This document shows positions 11,273 through 24,924 of a stretch of DNA of 64,000 nt, one piece after another. The stretch is from Laetmonice hystrix. Its lineage: Eukaryota. Each line of letters opens with the position of its first letter. Positions within the stretch are counted from its first letter, which is position 1. Below the pieces are notes generated by a model. That model made no database searches. It was not told the origin of the DNA and worked only from the letters and a program-made list of their open reading frames with translations. Both the position numbers and the translations under genes were made by a program. The DNA lies in NCBI GenBank assembly GCA_965235115.1, contig OZ249440.1, forward strand, positions 19,592,001-19,656,000. The letters run 5' to 3'.

Positions 11273-11289
11273 AGATCTTTGTTACATTT

Positions 11290-11800
11290 AGCCTATTTTT
11301 TTACATTTGACGGAAGGTCATTCCAGTCGATTACTATTCCGCGAATTAAGTTTTTACACTTACTCCAGACCAAAGATATTTTAAGCATTTTCGTGCTTTT
11401 TACATTATGGCAAGTCATTGCGTGAGAAGAATGTCCGGGAGTAGTGTACGTAATAGCGGATCAAAGTTGTTATCCAAGGTCACGAGCGGCTCATTACTTG
11501 GGACTAATCAGTCATATATCAGAAGGTATGCGTCGGAGTTGGGGTCCAACTGGCGTCCCTTTCCAGTGGCTGATATGAACTTCAGGTCATGTAAATAATT
11601 TGAGAGGTCCGAGCTGCTTATGGCCTACCAGTGCACTGCATGATTCATGATGAATACCCTCAGTGAGCAACCTTTGGCTGTCGGTACTGAAGCCGGGTCG
11701 GAAGTCACAGACTGCGATCGTTCATCTTTCTGGTGTGGTCGCGGGACGACGACAGCGCCATCTACAATGTATGGTTCACCTGCGAAGGTCCGATGAATCA
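11290..11800 (-). pseudogene. Highly decayed, internally deleted LINE ORF2 fragment
   Basis: Minus-strand remnants FRPGFSTDSQ (cf. GFRxGxST) and RGIVIDWNDLPSNVK (cf. LINE C-terminal WNxLP). Confidence 0.35.
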
Positions 11801-12699
11801 CCATCCGCTCTGTAGGCCCTATCCTTTTCTAACTGTCGGTAACTTGTCATGTGACAACTGCTATGGCCACGGGCACAGTGAGGGGCATGTACATGTACAT
11901 GTTCGGTTAAGTGAAAACACCATGTACACCTGCTGGCTTGCTTCGAGCAGGTAAACACATACATTGGTGAAGGAGTTTAGCGTGCTGGCCACATGGAATG
12001 ATGTATTGGAACCATCCATTGTCATGGCAGACAAGTTCCAGTGCGCTGTCGGTAATTTGGTAGACAAGAAGTTACCCTCTGGTTAAAAAGCTAACTTTGA
12101 TACTTACTTTTCTTGTGTATGTTTATGTGTATAAAACGATTAGGAAGATGTTTTTCTTCTTTCTATGTAGTAAATCAAAGTAAATGCCTCCACTAATACC
12201 GCTGAATTCGGGAACTAAGTCAGTTATTAAGTGCGGCGCACCCCAAACATCACAGCCCATCTCTTATGAAGTAGTGTATTGATTGGCACCTCATCTCGGT
12301 AACACACTGGGATTTACAATAAGAACCCTGATCCTCTTACGTTGTGTAGTCAGTGTATATATAGCCGACTGAGCCTGGAAACGCTCAGGGTCACTGTCAG
12401 GGTCACTGTCAACCTTTGATCTGATGTTCTCATCATGGATACATGATGATTCGTTCTACCATGTACCGGAACAAAACGGCAGCTTCCTTACACGGTGTCC
12501 TTCATGCCTGTGGTTAAAAAACTTTTTTATTCTCAGTTTAATGAGATTAATTACAAGTCAAGCACCTTTCATTATTGATGTTCATCTGATAAACCTTAAT
12601 GTCATCATTATCGATAGCAGCGATTGAGGTTAGTGGGTCACACTAATAACTGATACTTCGCATGGCGTTTGTGGAATATTGTAATTCATTATGGTGCTA

Positions 12700-14293
12700 G
12701 GGCTCTTTGCATTAAGATAATGTGATGCACGTAATTTGTCCTAGACATGTTGCCTAGTAGAAGAAAGATATTTACCAAAATTACCAGAAGTCGAAAATAT
12801 AGAAAAATAGAAAAGAAAAAAAATTGTCTTTTTTTATTAATCATCTTTAATCAGGATATCCCACTCGACTAATAGTGCCGTCACAAATGTGGGGTCCTGT
12901 GCATAATTATTTACAGTGCCTCATAACATGAACATACATAAAACACATACAAACGTACATGTACATAATTATAACACATCACCAGTGAACTATTTCAAGG
13001 TTATTGTCGGAAAAGAACATTCTGGTATAGTATTTTTTTTATCTCTACTTTAAATTCATTTCAGTGAGTTAGGCATCTGATACAAGTAGGTAAATTGTTC
13101 CATATTATGGCTTTAGAATAACAATTGGATTTCCTATAAAGCTCAGTTTTGGTCATAGGGATTTATATTACAATACCATCATGAACTCTGGTTCTGTCAT
13201 CCCTGTTATTTATTATTACAACATCGCCTATTAACTCATTAAAAGTTATTTTTTTGTAACATAATTAGCCGACGGTATTTACAAGGAAGTAATTTGGCTT
13301 CTACATGTAAATTAATTGGACTGTATAACCTATGTTAAGAGCAATTCTTAATCCATTGTTTTGAATTACCTGATGTTTATGCTTATATAACTCATTACAA
13401 GTACCATTAAATATATTGCCATATTCAATATAAGGTAGGATCATTGATTTAAATATAGTAAGAACCCTGTTTTTATTAATACAATGCCTAATTCTTGCTA
13501 ACATATATACCTTATGTCCTGCTTTACGTATACTGTTTTTGATATGGTCGTTAAACTGCAGTTTATTATCTAAATTTATCCCAAGATATGAGAAGGTACG
13601 AACCAATTCAAGTTGTACGTCGTTAACATTAATATAATATTATACTTCGTTTTATTCTCATACACACTTTCCAAAGTACATGCATTTTGTTTTTTCCAAG
13701 TTCACTGTGAGTTTGTTGTAATTGAACCAATCAGTTAAAGTATCCATATCATGTTTAATCTGTGATAGGACATCCGGCAACTTTTTACCATGTGCTACCG
13801 TGGCAGTGACCGTGGCAGTGTCATCCGCAAACATAAATATATCTGACTTAATATCACAATCCATTATGTCGTTTACATATAATAAATACATAAGCGGCTC
13901 TAATACACTTCCTTGAGAAATCCCATAATTAATGATTTTGCATTCCGATTAATTCCAGAATTTTCTTACATATTGTTGTCTATTTCTTAAATACTCCATT
14001 ATCCATTTTCTACATTGCCCTATAATCCCAAGATTACCTAATTTTTTATATAATATTTCATGATTTCATATTTCATTAAAAGCTTTTGACAGGTCCAGGA
14101 ATACTACAATACTATATTCACCTTTATTTTTTATATTTATATAATTCGTTAACTATGTTATTCACCGCCCATATAGTTGATTTCCTTTTCCTAAATCCAG
14201 GTGGGATTCGAAATCTTTTCCGAAATATTAGGTGGGATTCGAACCCCAGACCTCTTGCATGAAGAGCTTCCATTCTACCAATGAGCCATCCCT
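12700..14293 (-). mobile_element. tRNA-derived SINE split by the LINE (head 14231-14293, body ~12700-12825)
   Basis: Head has A box TGGCTCATTGG and B box GGTTCGAATCC. Head and body both match the unsplit copy at ~63715-63815 (gttgcctagt.gaagaaa...accagaagtcgaa...aaatagaaaagaa). Confidence 0.7.
12829..14200 (-). mobile_element. 5'-truncated CR1/L2-group non-LTR retrotransposon (RT pseudogene)
   Basis: PGFRKRKST, VFLDLSKAF, GISQGSVLEPLMYLLYVND, MFADDT, NKLTVNLEKTK, FSYLGINLDNKLQF, ILPYIEYG; stops and frameshifts present. 3' end ...gagtgggatatcctgattaaagatgattaataaaaaaag. Confidence 0.88.
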
Positions 14294-16196
14294 CCCTCCT
14301 TCACCCCCTCCAATAATAATAGTGTACACCCAAACCGTACAATTTCAGGATCCCGTTGTTCCTGTGTGGATGTGTTTTCTACCCATTTAATTAAAGTATC
14401 ATCTTAATCCTAAAACTAGCTGTCCTGGGTGTTATGGCACGTACATCCCCGAGGCAGGATTCTGTAAGCATAGGGAGCCTCTCCACTATAGCGCCATAGG
14501 CTGCAATATTGCAGACTAATATATATGACGTTCTTATGACGTTCTTATCTTGTTTGAACCTTTTTTTGCGCGGCTCTTAGTCAAAACTATCTTTATTGTG
14601 GTGCCTTAAATCTGAGTTAGGTAAAAGACGATCATGGTGCATTCAGCCTCCCCGGGGGCTTGATCCTCAAGTCTTAAAACCAAACCAAGGGATTCTGAAC
14701 AAAACTTTCACCGCCTGCACTTTCAAAATGAAATACGTTTAATCAGACCTAGAATTGCAATATTCTATTAAAATATGACTCGAGTTGTAATGACTCGTAT
14801 GAAGAGTCTTTCTAGTCGGAATAGAATCTTAAGGTTCCACAGATTCCTATTAAAGTTCTACCCCGTGGACCACACGGTTGAATATTGGCAGACCGTTTTC
14901 CTATCATAGAGTTGTGATAAAATCACTGAAAGGTTCTCTAATATTGCGCAGTCGAATGGGCATATGGAAGTCCTCTTTGAGTCTCGTCACGATGTCGCTG
15001 GTGCAGTCAATCCCCACCTAAAGTCTCTGTTTATGAATTGGCCACATCTGAGATCAAAGTAAAAAAACCTTGGCTTATAATTTCACTAATGGGACAGGAC
15101 ACATATACAAACCCTACACTTAAACCATCACGCGCCTGTCCTACCTTGAATGTCAAATCACCACCGATGAAAAACAACACGGCCGCGGCTAAATTGTCAC
15201 GCGTCTGATTAGTTGTCATGTGTCTGCGGAGTTATAACTACCTGTCTCTCGTGATGAAATAACGGAATGGTCTGCCGGGAATTGATAAAGATGTAGGCGG
15301 TAGGTTAAAGACCTAGGTTTAATATAGGGACAAAATATGACTGTGGACGAGGTACATTTGTTTGGGGTTGGCAATGCTGGGAGACAAGGGAAGAATAGAA
15401 AGCAAGTATAGGCAAACGTCTGTAGCAATCACGACGTGTTACACAAGTCAGATAATACCTGTCCTTGTTATTCATGTTGAATGATTGGCGGTTTTACGTT
15501 TTGTAGGGGAAAAGGATATTGATACAATACTTCACGCAATTTACGATTAATGTCGGAGGCAAGAGGTCAGGAGTCATGTCTTGGAAATGATGTTCATGCC
15601 AGTAGTAGCATGCTCATTTGTACAGGGTGTATAATGTTGATAGTACGTGGAAATAATTTCCTTCGTGGGCATGATACTGCAAAGAGAGCAATTCAAGATC
15701 TAGACTCGGCAAAGTTTCAAATTAACACCGAGCACCACGGCGACATTTTCTGAGAGCCGGTAAAGGCAACAATCTGCTACAACACGAAAAGAGAGCCGGC
15801 TTTCCTGTTTCACGTGCCTTTTACGTGTGTACGTGTGGCGTGTGCGGGATATGTCAGGGCGTTTGGAAACAGGTGGTCTCTGTGGGGAGAGACATGTGCC
15901 AAAGGCAGACGACATCTCCGCCCCCACTCGTTTTCTGTCGCTTTAGTGGCTCTGCTATTACACAGGATGGCGGGCTGTCGTGGCAGCCATGCCCCAGCGC
16001 CCCGAATAGATTATGTGGGGTTCCAGAAAGAAGAGAACTGTCTTCTTCCCTCTTTTTTCTAGTTATTTCCTTACTCTATCTATCACTCTTTCTCTAGCTC
16101 TTCGTTTAGTAGGAGGCAGTAACCCTCAATCCTTCCTCGTTGTATTCCGCAGTTAGGGGAAGCATTTAACACTTTAAGGGCAGACCCACCAATGTA

Positions 16197-17050
16197 TCGG
16201 GTGGATAAAAAAAAACGCCCCGAACTTTAAACTTTAATATCTCAAAAACTATGCATTATAATTCAATAAAATTTCTCTTAATATCACTTCATGATATTAT
16301 CTCTGGTATTTTAAAGTCTCAGCTCGATAGCTTTGATATTAATCCTGTGGCGCTAAAAACAGAAATCAGTGTCTAAAAACGCAATGCCGGAATTAGGTCA
16401 AATATCATGCAGCTGCCAGGTGTCCAATTTGACACCTGTTTGATGCACCGCATTGTACCTTGGGTAAAAAAAATCAATATTTAGTTTTTGCATGTTTTAC
16501 AATATGTATTATGTTGTGGACCACTAGATATAATAAAATAAGTATGTGCTATTCCTAGTACTTTTAGAGAAAACAAATGTTTAATGTGCCAAACCCTATA
16601 CAGAGAAACTGCAACATTAGGACGATATGACTGTAACGAGAAGTTCAAGGGAAATCGTATCATTATCAGGTTTAGCAACATATTCAGAACGTTGCGAAGA
16701 TAATGTTGGGAAGATATTTCCCTATCAGGGATCGGGAAGTGCATTGAATCATGGAAAAAGAGACTGAGAGCAGTATGGAGTGAAAACGGGGGACCGATTG
16801 ACCACCTACTCTAGTGTGAGGCCAGGGACTCTGGTGCGACTACCACTCGCTTTAGCCCGGCATTGCGCTTTTGTACAATGATTTTTGTTTTTAGCCCCAC
16901 GGAAATATTATCTAAGCTATTGAGTTGTAACATTAACAACTAAGAGACAACATCATGAAGTGATACTAAGAAAAATTTCATTGAATTACAATCATTACTT
17001 TTTGAGATATTAAAGTTTAAAGTTCGGGGCGTTTTTTTTTATCCACCCGA
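16197..17050. mobile_element. Tc1/mariner-type MITE (~854 bp)
   Basis: ~50-bp TIRs (tcgggtggataaaaaaaaacgccccgaactttaaactttaatatctcaaaaa and its reverse complement) flanked by TA on both sides. Confidence 0.9.
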
Positions 17051-17703
17051 TATAAGGGAGACCTGCGCCTTTGACTTCATCCTCCGTAATTAAAGCACGG
17101 CTGTGGCTTATCTCTTGGGCTTGGTTTACTCGTGTATACCATGACGCCGACGATACATCCCCTTGGAGCAATTCATCAATGGTGTCAGGTAATTCAGTCG
17201 CAGGCTAATGGCCAGTCAGATTCGAGTGGACTTCGTGAGCATCAATCACTTTATCCTTTTTGGATTTGGCATGATGTTTTAACCTAAATATCAGGAAAAG
17301 GTGACACGAGGTCAGAAATCTCTGTGATCCGGCCTAGCGTCTCACATTAACAGTCAGGTGGTTCATTTCCAGGTCTATTACACCCACATAAATCATTATC
17401 GTGGGACAAGAAATCTGTTCTAGTTGATTTGTTTTTAATCTACTTGGGCAAGCTGTGAAAGGGAGCTTCCCCCTGGATCTATGCGCTTACACTCCATGTC
17501 TTGTGAGGTTCTCAAGCGTCGTATGGGCCATACGTGTGGTGTATCCGATTCGAGCCTTGCATGTGCTATTAGCAGGGCTAATCCGAGAATTTGGGCTGGA
17601 CGGGAGCGTGGTGCCGTCCTGAATCCGTCTATTATCAGTGATAATAAATAAGCGGAGATTATTGATGTTGATAGTTCAATTCCAAAAGTAATCGCGCTGT
17701 ATT

Positions 17704-18140
17704 TGGTGGTGAGTGACCATTACCCACATCTGTTACCCTCATGAAATGTCCCTCACCCAACCCAATCCCCTAAACAAAGAACTGCAACACCAAGACAGAA
17801 ACTATACTTGGTGGTGAGCGACCATTACCCACATCTGTTACCCTCATTAAATGTCCCTCACCCAACCCAATCCCGTAAACAAAGAACTGCAACACCAAGA
17901 CAGAAACTATACTTGGTGGTGAGCGACCATCACCCACATTATGTTACCTGTATCTTGTTATCTGTAATTAAATGCGCCTCACCCAACCCAATCACGCAAA
18001 CAAAGAACTGCAACACCAAGACAGAAACTATACCTGGTGGTGAGCGACCATTACCCACATCTGTTACCCTCATTAAATGTCCCTCACCCAACCCAATCCC
18101 GTAAACAAAGAACTGCTACACCAAGACAGAAACTATACAC
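17704..18140 (+). repeat. 105-bp tandem repeat, 4 copies
   Basis: tggtggtgagcgaccattacccacatctg... starts at 17704, 17809, 17914 and 18035 (third unit has a 16-bp insertion). Confidence 0.95.
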
Positions 18141-19184
18141 GTGTACACTATCTAATACTTCACATTACTGATCGATTAAATGGAAAGCTAATGGAATCTG
18201 TATGCTGGACGAAAATGTGAATATAAGTTGTGCATATTTCATCGAAAAATAATCAGTAACAGGGTAAGAATCCAACACGTGTTTTGTGTTTACTTTTCTA
18301 TACTGAATATATCTGATCTTGAATTTGAACCCCGAATGTGATATAATCTGGAGTTCTTATGGAAGATCTAAGCCTCTTCTTGACGAAAGCCGTTATTAAG
18401 GTATAACCTAAACGTTTTCAGTGTAGCTAAACCACCATATCTATCGATCTACAACTCCAGCTAAAAGAAATTACGGGGATTTTCATGTACAAACGATCGA
18501 GCCACGATAGAAATCGATTCGTATCAACTATGGGTTCGTTAAAATGTATGATACAAGATGTACGATAGTCATTTCCTTCCGAGCAATATAATCTTTACTG
18601 CATGCTCATACGTACAACGTACAACCATACATGACCAGATACTGTTTCACTCTAGGTAATGGTACGTTTTTACCATTTTTAAAAAATCATTAAAATCGGA
18701 AAAGTCAAAGAGACTCAGCCTACTTGCACATTTTAGGAGTGAGATGAGAGAATGAGAACCTCCTGACTATGATTTACGCCCTGGTATAGGATATCAAATC
18801 AGTGGCGTCAAATAGTCAAGAGGTGTGTTTTAATTCCTTTCGTGCAACACTAAGCCGATTTTCTTTTTTTTCAAATAAAAGAGTTAGTCACAGACCCTTG
18901 ACCACTGAGGGGACGAGGGATGCTTCACCCGGAGATTCTCCCCCGCCCCTGCCTAAAAGTTACAAGAACGAAATCTCAATCCCTCTGTGAAAATAAGCTG
19001 TAATGTCAACCCCCAGACACTTTTGGATGTTTTGAAACTGCCCTTTTTAGGAGTGACTATTTCAACCAAATACATTATATAGAAAAGCTTGTGATTCTAG
19101 ACAGTACCTTTAGTCACAGAATTTTAATACAAAACGGTAAAAAGGCATATATGCGTCTGCGATAAATGAGTACGTGAATCCGAT

Positions 19185-19410
19185 GAATTCAGTGGTCGAG
19201 TGTCAGTTTGTAGAATTATCTGCGTGGCAGAGATGAATTTGCATCCTTCCTGTACTAGCCCTCACCCGTGCTCCGCCACTGGATCGTCAAAGGCTTTGGT
19301 ATGTCCAGCCGTGTCTGTACGATTGGGCATAGAAAAAGAGCTCTTGCCATTTTTCGAAAAGAGTTACATGGTTTCGCCGTGAAGATGGTCTTAGATGCCG
19401 ACACGACGTA
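19185..19410 (+). mobile_element. SINE copy with conserved central core (decayed tRNA head)
   Basis: Core caaaggctttggtatgtccagccgtgtctgtacgattgggcatagaaaaaga matches the minus-strand copy at 27001-27055. It resembles the conserved central domains of metazoan SINE superfamilies (family assignment is inference). Confidence 0.6.
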
Positions 19411-19713
19411 AGACCACCATCACTCACTCGAACAGAGTTGGGCGATTGTCTCCCGGTGACGGACTCTGTCTGACTTCGTCCTCATAATCACTCCCCACGG
19501 ACTCTTGGGTACAATAGGTCCCTTGGTTGAATTAAATGGTTCCTATCACCCTGAATATGGCTGAAATATTGCCGACAGTGCGTACCCCCCCCCCCACTTC
19601 ACTTACTTATGAATTATACGAGTTCTCTATCTCGTTACCTTCCAGTGAGGTCTTGGACATACTCCACGCCAATCCCGTATACATCGATCATTTCTGTCAA
19701 TACTGCAACGCTG

Positions 19714-20637
19714 TGTTACAACCGCTAATGTAATAACGCCCACTATTGTAATAACTGGGGTGCTAGGGGGGTACCAGGGAAGTACCACCAGAGTACCGGA
19801 CAGGACCAGGGGAGCATTTTTGGGGTACCCTCTGAGTACCCTCTGAGTACCCTCTGGGTACCCCCTGGGTACCCAGAGGGTACCAACCGGGGGGTACCAG
19901 GGAAATACTACTGGAGTACCGGACAGGACCAGGTGAGCATAAAACTTTGTTCAAGGGCTACCGACCAGATCGGTACCTGAGGGTACCTAGGGGGTACCCA
20001 GATGGTACTCAGGGGGTACCCCCAAAATGCTCCCCTGGTCCTGTCCGGTACTCTGGTGGTACTTCCCTGGTACCCCCTAGCACCCCAGTTATTACAATAG
20101 CGGTTGCGTTCGCCAGAATTCGCAACCGCTATTGTAATAAAACTTTGTTCAAGGGCTACCGACCAGATCGGTACCTATGGGTACCCAGGGGGTACCCAGA
20201 TGGTACTCAGGGGGTACTCCCAAAATGCTCCCCTGGTCCTGTCCGGTACTCTGGTGGTACTTCCCTGGTACCCCCTAGCACCCCAGTTATTACAATAGCG
20301 GTTGCGTTCGCCAGAATTCGCAACCGCTATTGTAATAAAACTTTGTTCAAGGGCTACCGACCAGATCGGTACCTGAGGGTACCCAGGGGGTACCCAGATG
20401 GTACTCAGGGGGTACCCCCAAAATGCTCACCTAGTCCTGTCCGGTACTCCAGTAGTATTTCCCTGGTACCCCCCGGTTGGTACCCTCTGGGTACCCAGGG
20501 GGTACCCAGAGGGTACTCAGAGGGTACCCCAAAAATGCTCCCCTGGTCCTGTCCGGTACTCTGGTGGTACTTCCCTGGTACCCCCTAGCACCCCAGTTAT
20601 TACAATAGTGGGCGTTATTACATTAGCGGTTGTAACA
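19714..20637. mobile_element. Fold-back non-autonomous DNA transposon, TGTTA...TAACA ends, 6-bp TSD (ACGCTG)
   Basis: Left TIR 19714-19940 and right TIR 20423-20637; ACGCTG at 19708-19713 and 20638-20643; internal 198-bp units starting 19941, 20139, 20337. Confidence 0.85.
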
Positions 20638-21388
20638 ACGCTGGCTTTTCCTTTCATGTTCCAGCACTCCGTATAAACCTAGTTCACAATTTACTTCCAC
20701 CATTTATTACATAGGTTTTCTCCGACTACTTCTACAAATATGATATAGCCTAGATTAAGAACCATGAATCCACGTCTCGTCAAATTTGGTTTGTCACAAA
20801 CCACAAAGTTCAAACGGAATTAAACGCTAAAACTCCAAGTTAACTCATACGGACTGAAATAAGAGGATCAATTTTGATTGGTATAAAATCCAGTGCCTAC
20901 GTAAGCGTTTTACTGACAAAAAGATACCTGACCTGGTCATTTTTAAGGTGCCTGGGCATTTTCGTGAGACTAAAGCTAAAAAAGTGACCGTTTACGCGCA
21001 CAATTTTCTTTAAGGAACTGCAAAGGTTCAAGTAGGATTGATTGAGTTTCTGATCATGTGTTTTTATACCGGCCGCAACCTGCAAATAAGCGTCTCCTCC
21101 TTTACTTTTCCCTCTTTTTTATTATTATGTTTTTAATGAGGACACGACCTCCGTTATGATTGAATAGCTGGGAAGTTTCTATTCGTAGACCTGATTTTAA
21201 TTTGTTACACTAGCGTAGGTGGGACCGTTTTACCAGAAACATCATTTATATATTTTTATATTTCTGACGTTGGACGATTTAACCGAAACAAAATATGTCG
21301 CAGTAATTTTTTTCTCTTTCTGTCCTCTCTTTTGTTATTGTTGTTTTGTTTGTTTTGAGATAACAAATAATGCTATGGTGTGCCGCCC

Positions 21389-21927
21389 AGATAATACAAC
21401 AGCAGCCAGATTAGTTATTCTAACATGGGCAGCAGCAGCCAGATTAATTATTCTAACACAGGCCTTAAGATAATACAGCAGCCGCCAGATTAATTATTCT
21501 AACACAGGCCTTACGATAATACAGCAGCAGCCAGATTAATTATTCTAACATCGGCCTTAAGATAATACAGCAGCAGCCAGATTAATTATTCTAACATCGG
21601 CCTTAAGATAATACAGCAGCAGCCAGATTAATTATTCTAACATCGGCCTTAAGATAATACAGCAGCAGCCAGATTAATTATTCTAACATCGGCCTTAAGA
21701 TAATACAGCAGCAGCCAGATTAATTATTCTAACACAGGCCTTACGATAATACAGCAGCAGCCAGATTAATTATTCTAACATCGGCCTTAAGATAATACAG
21801 CAGCAGCCAGATTAATTATTCTAACATCGGCCTTAAGATAATACAGCAGCAGCCAGATTAATTATTCTAACATCGGCCTTAAGATAATACAGCAGCAGCC
21901 AGATTAATTATTCTAACATGGGCCTTA
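21389..21927 (+). repeat. 46-bp minisatellite, ~11-12 copies
   Basis: gataatacagcagcagccagattaattattctaacatcggccttaa; period 46 (21561, 21607, ...). Confidence 0.95.
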
Positions 21928-23980
21928 CCCGACATTATCCGATCTTTCACTTGATCAAACTTTGGAGGTGTTTGATTTTTTAACGATAAATTTTCATATG
22001 TGGGCGCTGTACATCTCGCCACCTGGGGGAAAGAAATAAATCACACAATTGCACGGACTTCTGTATATCATATTTTACCTTTGAGGAATTATGACTTGTG
22101 CTACTTTTTTGGTCTATGTATTGCTCTCAAAATTATGAGTAAGGTTTTCTAATAGGAAAGCGGTAGGATAAATGACACATATTATTAATAAATTATAATT
22201 TTTCTCAAAAAAGATAACGAAAAGAGAAGGAAACGGGAATCATCATTGCTTCAACGAGTTTAAAGTTGACAGATTGGGATTCTCATCATAATGGATAGGG
22301 GCTAATGAAAGCATCATGATGGTACTAAGCTTGGGGCACTCTTCACGGGACACGAGAAAATGTAACGTTCTCTACGTTTAAATCCTGACAGTAAAAGGCT
22401 GTATGAGCAGCTTCAAACGGTCTCTGATCGTGTCATTCTTCGCTTACAGCAGCGTTGTTAATGCCACTGATGTACCAGGGAGAGAACCTAACAAAGGGCG
22501 TCGCCAACTCCACCTGGCGGCCAGGCCGTGTATCACGCGCCAGGGGCTGCCGGAGATCTGGGTCTAGCAGCTGAAAGTAATACAGAAAGTTGGGGCCTTA
22601 TTGCGACCCGAGTTATGATGGGATGGGGACTCCATGACGATGCTAGCCCGACGGCCTTAGGCCGCACTGCTATATTCCTGATGCCTCCCCCATTATGGTC
22701 TAACTCCATACACCGCTGCCTCATTGAGGTGCGATATCATTGAAGTAGAAGTATAGTACTGTAAGTAGAAAAAATGAACTGTACTCTCGTCAACACGATA
22801 CCGTTCTTCTCTGTATCAAAAGGTAATTCGATGCTCTTTGTTCCGCCGGACACAATGATGACACAGTACATTGATCCCGTGCTCGTTACACGGCCGGCCA
22901 TCATCGTACCAACGGCTTCCGTCAGAAACAAAAGAGAGCTTAACCCCCAGTGCATCTTGTCATTATTAGACAAATAAAGTGAGAAGAATATTCCCCTCTC
23001 AACTCATACAGGTACTACATGCTGAGCTTTTAAAGAACAGAATGTTGAATAAAGACCGAGCTAAAGGTGGAGACATGTCCATAAGAAACATTGGCAGTGA
23101 CCGGGTGTACACTCCACTTCAGTTTTTTCTCGTTAATTAAACGACTCTGAGAGAAACAATATATACTTCCATGTCTATTAACATTAGGGCATCAAGTTAG
23201 ACGTTGGTTGTTTTTTTATTGGTTTTCGGACAGGCTTATGGATGGTCCTTTAACTACATAATGTACACGGAGCCCCCCATAGGGTGACATATAGAGCTAC
23301 TTCCGAAGAAGTTGTTCAAAGCATTTCATACTAATGCAGTCACTAGATAATAGACCCATTATTATGTAGGTGCAAACGTACGTATTATATACATATTATG
23401 TTATGCACCTACTCTATGTTATTAGTATCTTGCCCCGTTTTATTGAATCGCGATCTGTCTGGAAACAAGACGTGCATGGTTTTATCACGTTTGTCATTGT
23501 TTGTGTGGAAGCCCAACACTCTATACGTCTCACATCGCCAGACTCCACCCAATGATCCGCCAATTGCGAGCCTATAGTTTTAGACCAGGCGAGGAAAACT
23601 AGGGCAGTGTACCTTCTGAATGGCATCTTTCACATTCTACTATATATCGAAACCAGATATAAAAGCAATAAACTAATGGCATATAGTTAAAGAAGAAAGT
23701 TTTCTCTCCTCGACCAAAAAGTTTCACACCGAGACAATACTGCAAGACAGCTGCAACGGTTAATGAGCATTACACTTTCATGTAGACTTCATGCCGGGGT
23801 GACTAGGCGGAGAGATGGCTTCAAACGTTTATTTTTTTTGCTGTGCTCTACAGCTAAGCTATCAAAAACCATATGTCTTGCATTGACTCTGGGAGGCGAC
23901 AAAAGATAAAAGAAGGGAATCACCATTGAACAATTTTCTTTTACGTGAAGACGACTAAAGTATTACCGACGGGGCATAAC

Positions 23981-24090
23981 CCCCTAAATACTCACCCCTT
24001 CACCCTCTGGCGCAGACCCCCTAAATACTCACCCCTTCACCCTCTGGCGCAGACCCCCTAAATACTCACCCCTTCACCCTCTGGCGCAGA
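23981..24090 (+). repeat. 37-bp tandem repeat x3
   Basis: cccctaaatactcaccccttcaccctctggcgcagac. Confidence 0.9.
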
Positions 24091-24924
24091 ATGAATGTGT
24101 TCGCATGTTCGAGGTAGCTGTTTAGTTTCTCAGCCACCAGTTTCGTTTCAGCCAACCCATATACAAGCACGGAGTGTTGGCTATACCTTCAAATTCAACT
24201 GCTCCTGGACAAATTCCAGGGTCATGTGTGGTCGGGTATGAACTTAAAGAAGGTCCTATCAAATCTGTTAACTGTAAACAGATCCAAGACGTTCGACGGA
24301 GTTGAAAGTTGCGAGTAGATCTAGAATATCAATATAATTTTGGTGGTTCATGTTACCTTCCCCTCCGACTCCAAAGAATGTGATGCAACCCCAGACTATC
24401 ATGGAACACGCTCCTTGCTGACGAACAGATTTGACGGTTCCATTGCAGTTCCATTGCGACGCCAGACTATCACCCTTCCATCGTTTAAGCCGAGCCTATA
24501 GGTTGAAGCGCGATTCGTCTGAGAAGCAATCTTCGCCAGTTCCCTTTGTTCCAGAATCGGATACGGCTACGCCAACGCACGCTTCCCGTCTTGTTTACCC
24601 TGGATATCAAAGATCTTCTTCTGGCAATGCGACTGTAGAGTGAAGATACAACCTACGCTGCTTTTGGTATGCAGAATACTACGTCTGGCAGTCTTTACAG
24701 ATGTTTCGACTTGAATCCGGTCGTTTCACTGGCGGTTGATTGTGGTGACAGGGTCAAATCGTCCAGAAGAAGTCAGTCGTTTAAGCACGCGGTCATTTCG
24801 ACGTGTGGTGTTCCGAGGTCTTCCAGACCGAGACTTTCTCGATGCGTCACCTGTCTCCTGAAACCGTCGTCAAACCCGGGAGATAGTGCGGGTCGAAACT
24901 CCAAGCCTCTCAGCGATGCGATTG

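Noticed and set aside
5309-11312. 14-bp ttttacatttgacg on both sides of the split-repeat element as a TSD
   Set aside because: The copies sit 20-26 bp away from the element boundaries, so they cannot be a target-site duplication.
14700-16100. Short ORFs at 15031-16097 (and similar 60-120 aa ORFs at 32132-37559, 49008-52757 and 55780-56307)
   Set aside because: No recognisable domains, no consistent splice signals and no coding-like organisation; treated as chance ORFs.
19640-19705. Possible host exon on the minus strand (cag|...GAAG|gtaacg)
   Set aside because: Weak acceptor, no recognisable protein, and no partner exons identified.
19947-20588. 213-aa ORF with 66-aa repeats
   Set aside because: By-product of the 198-bp units of the fold-back element.
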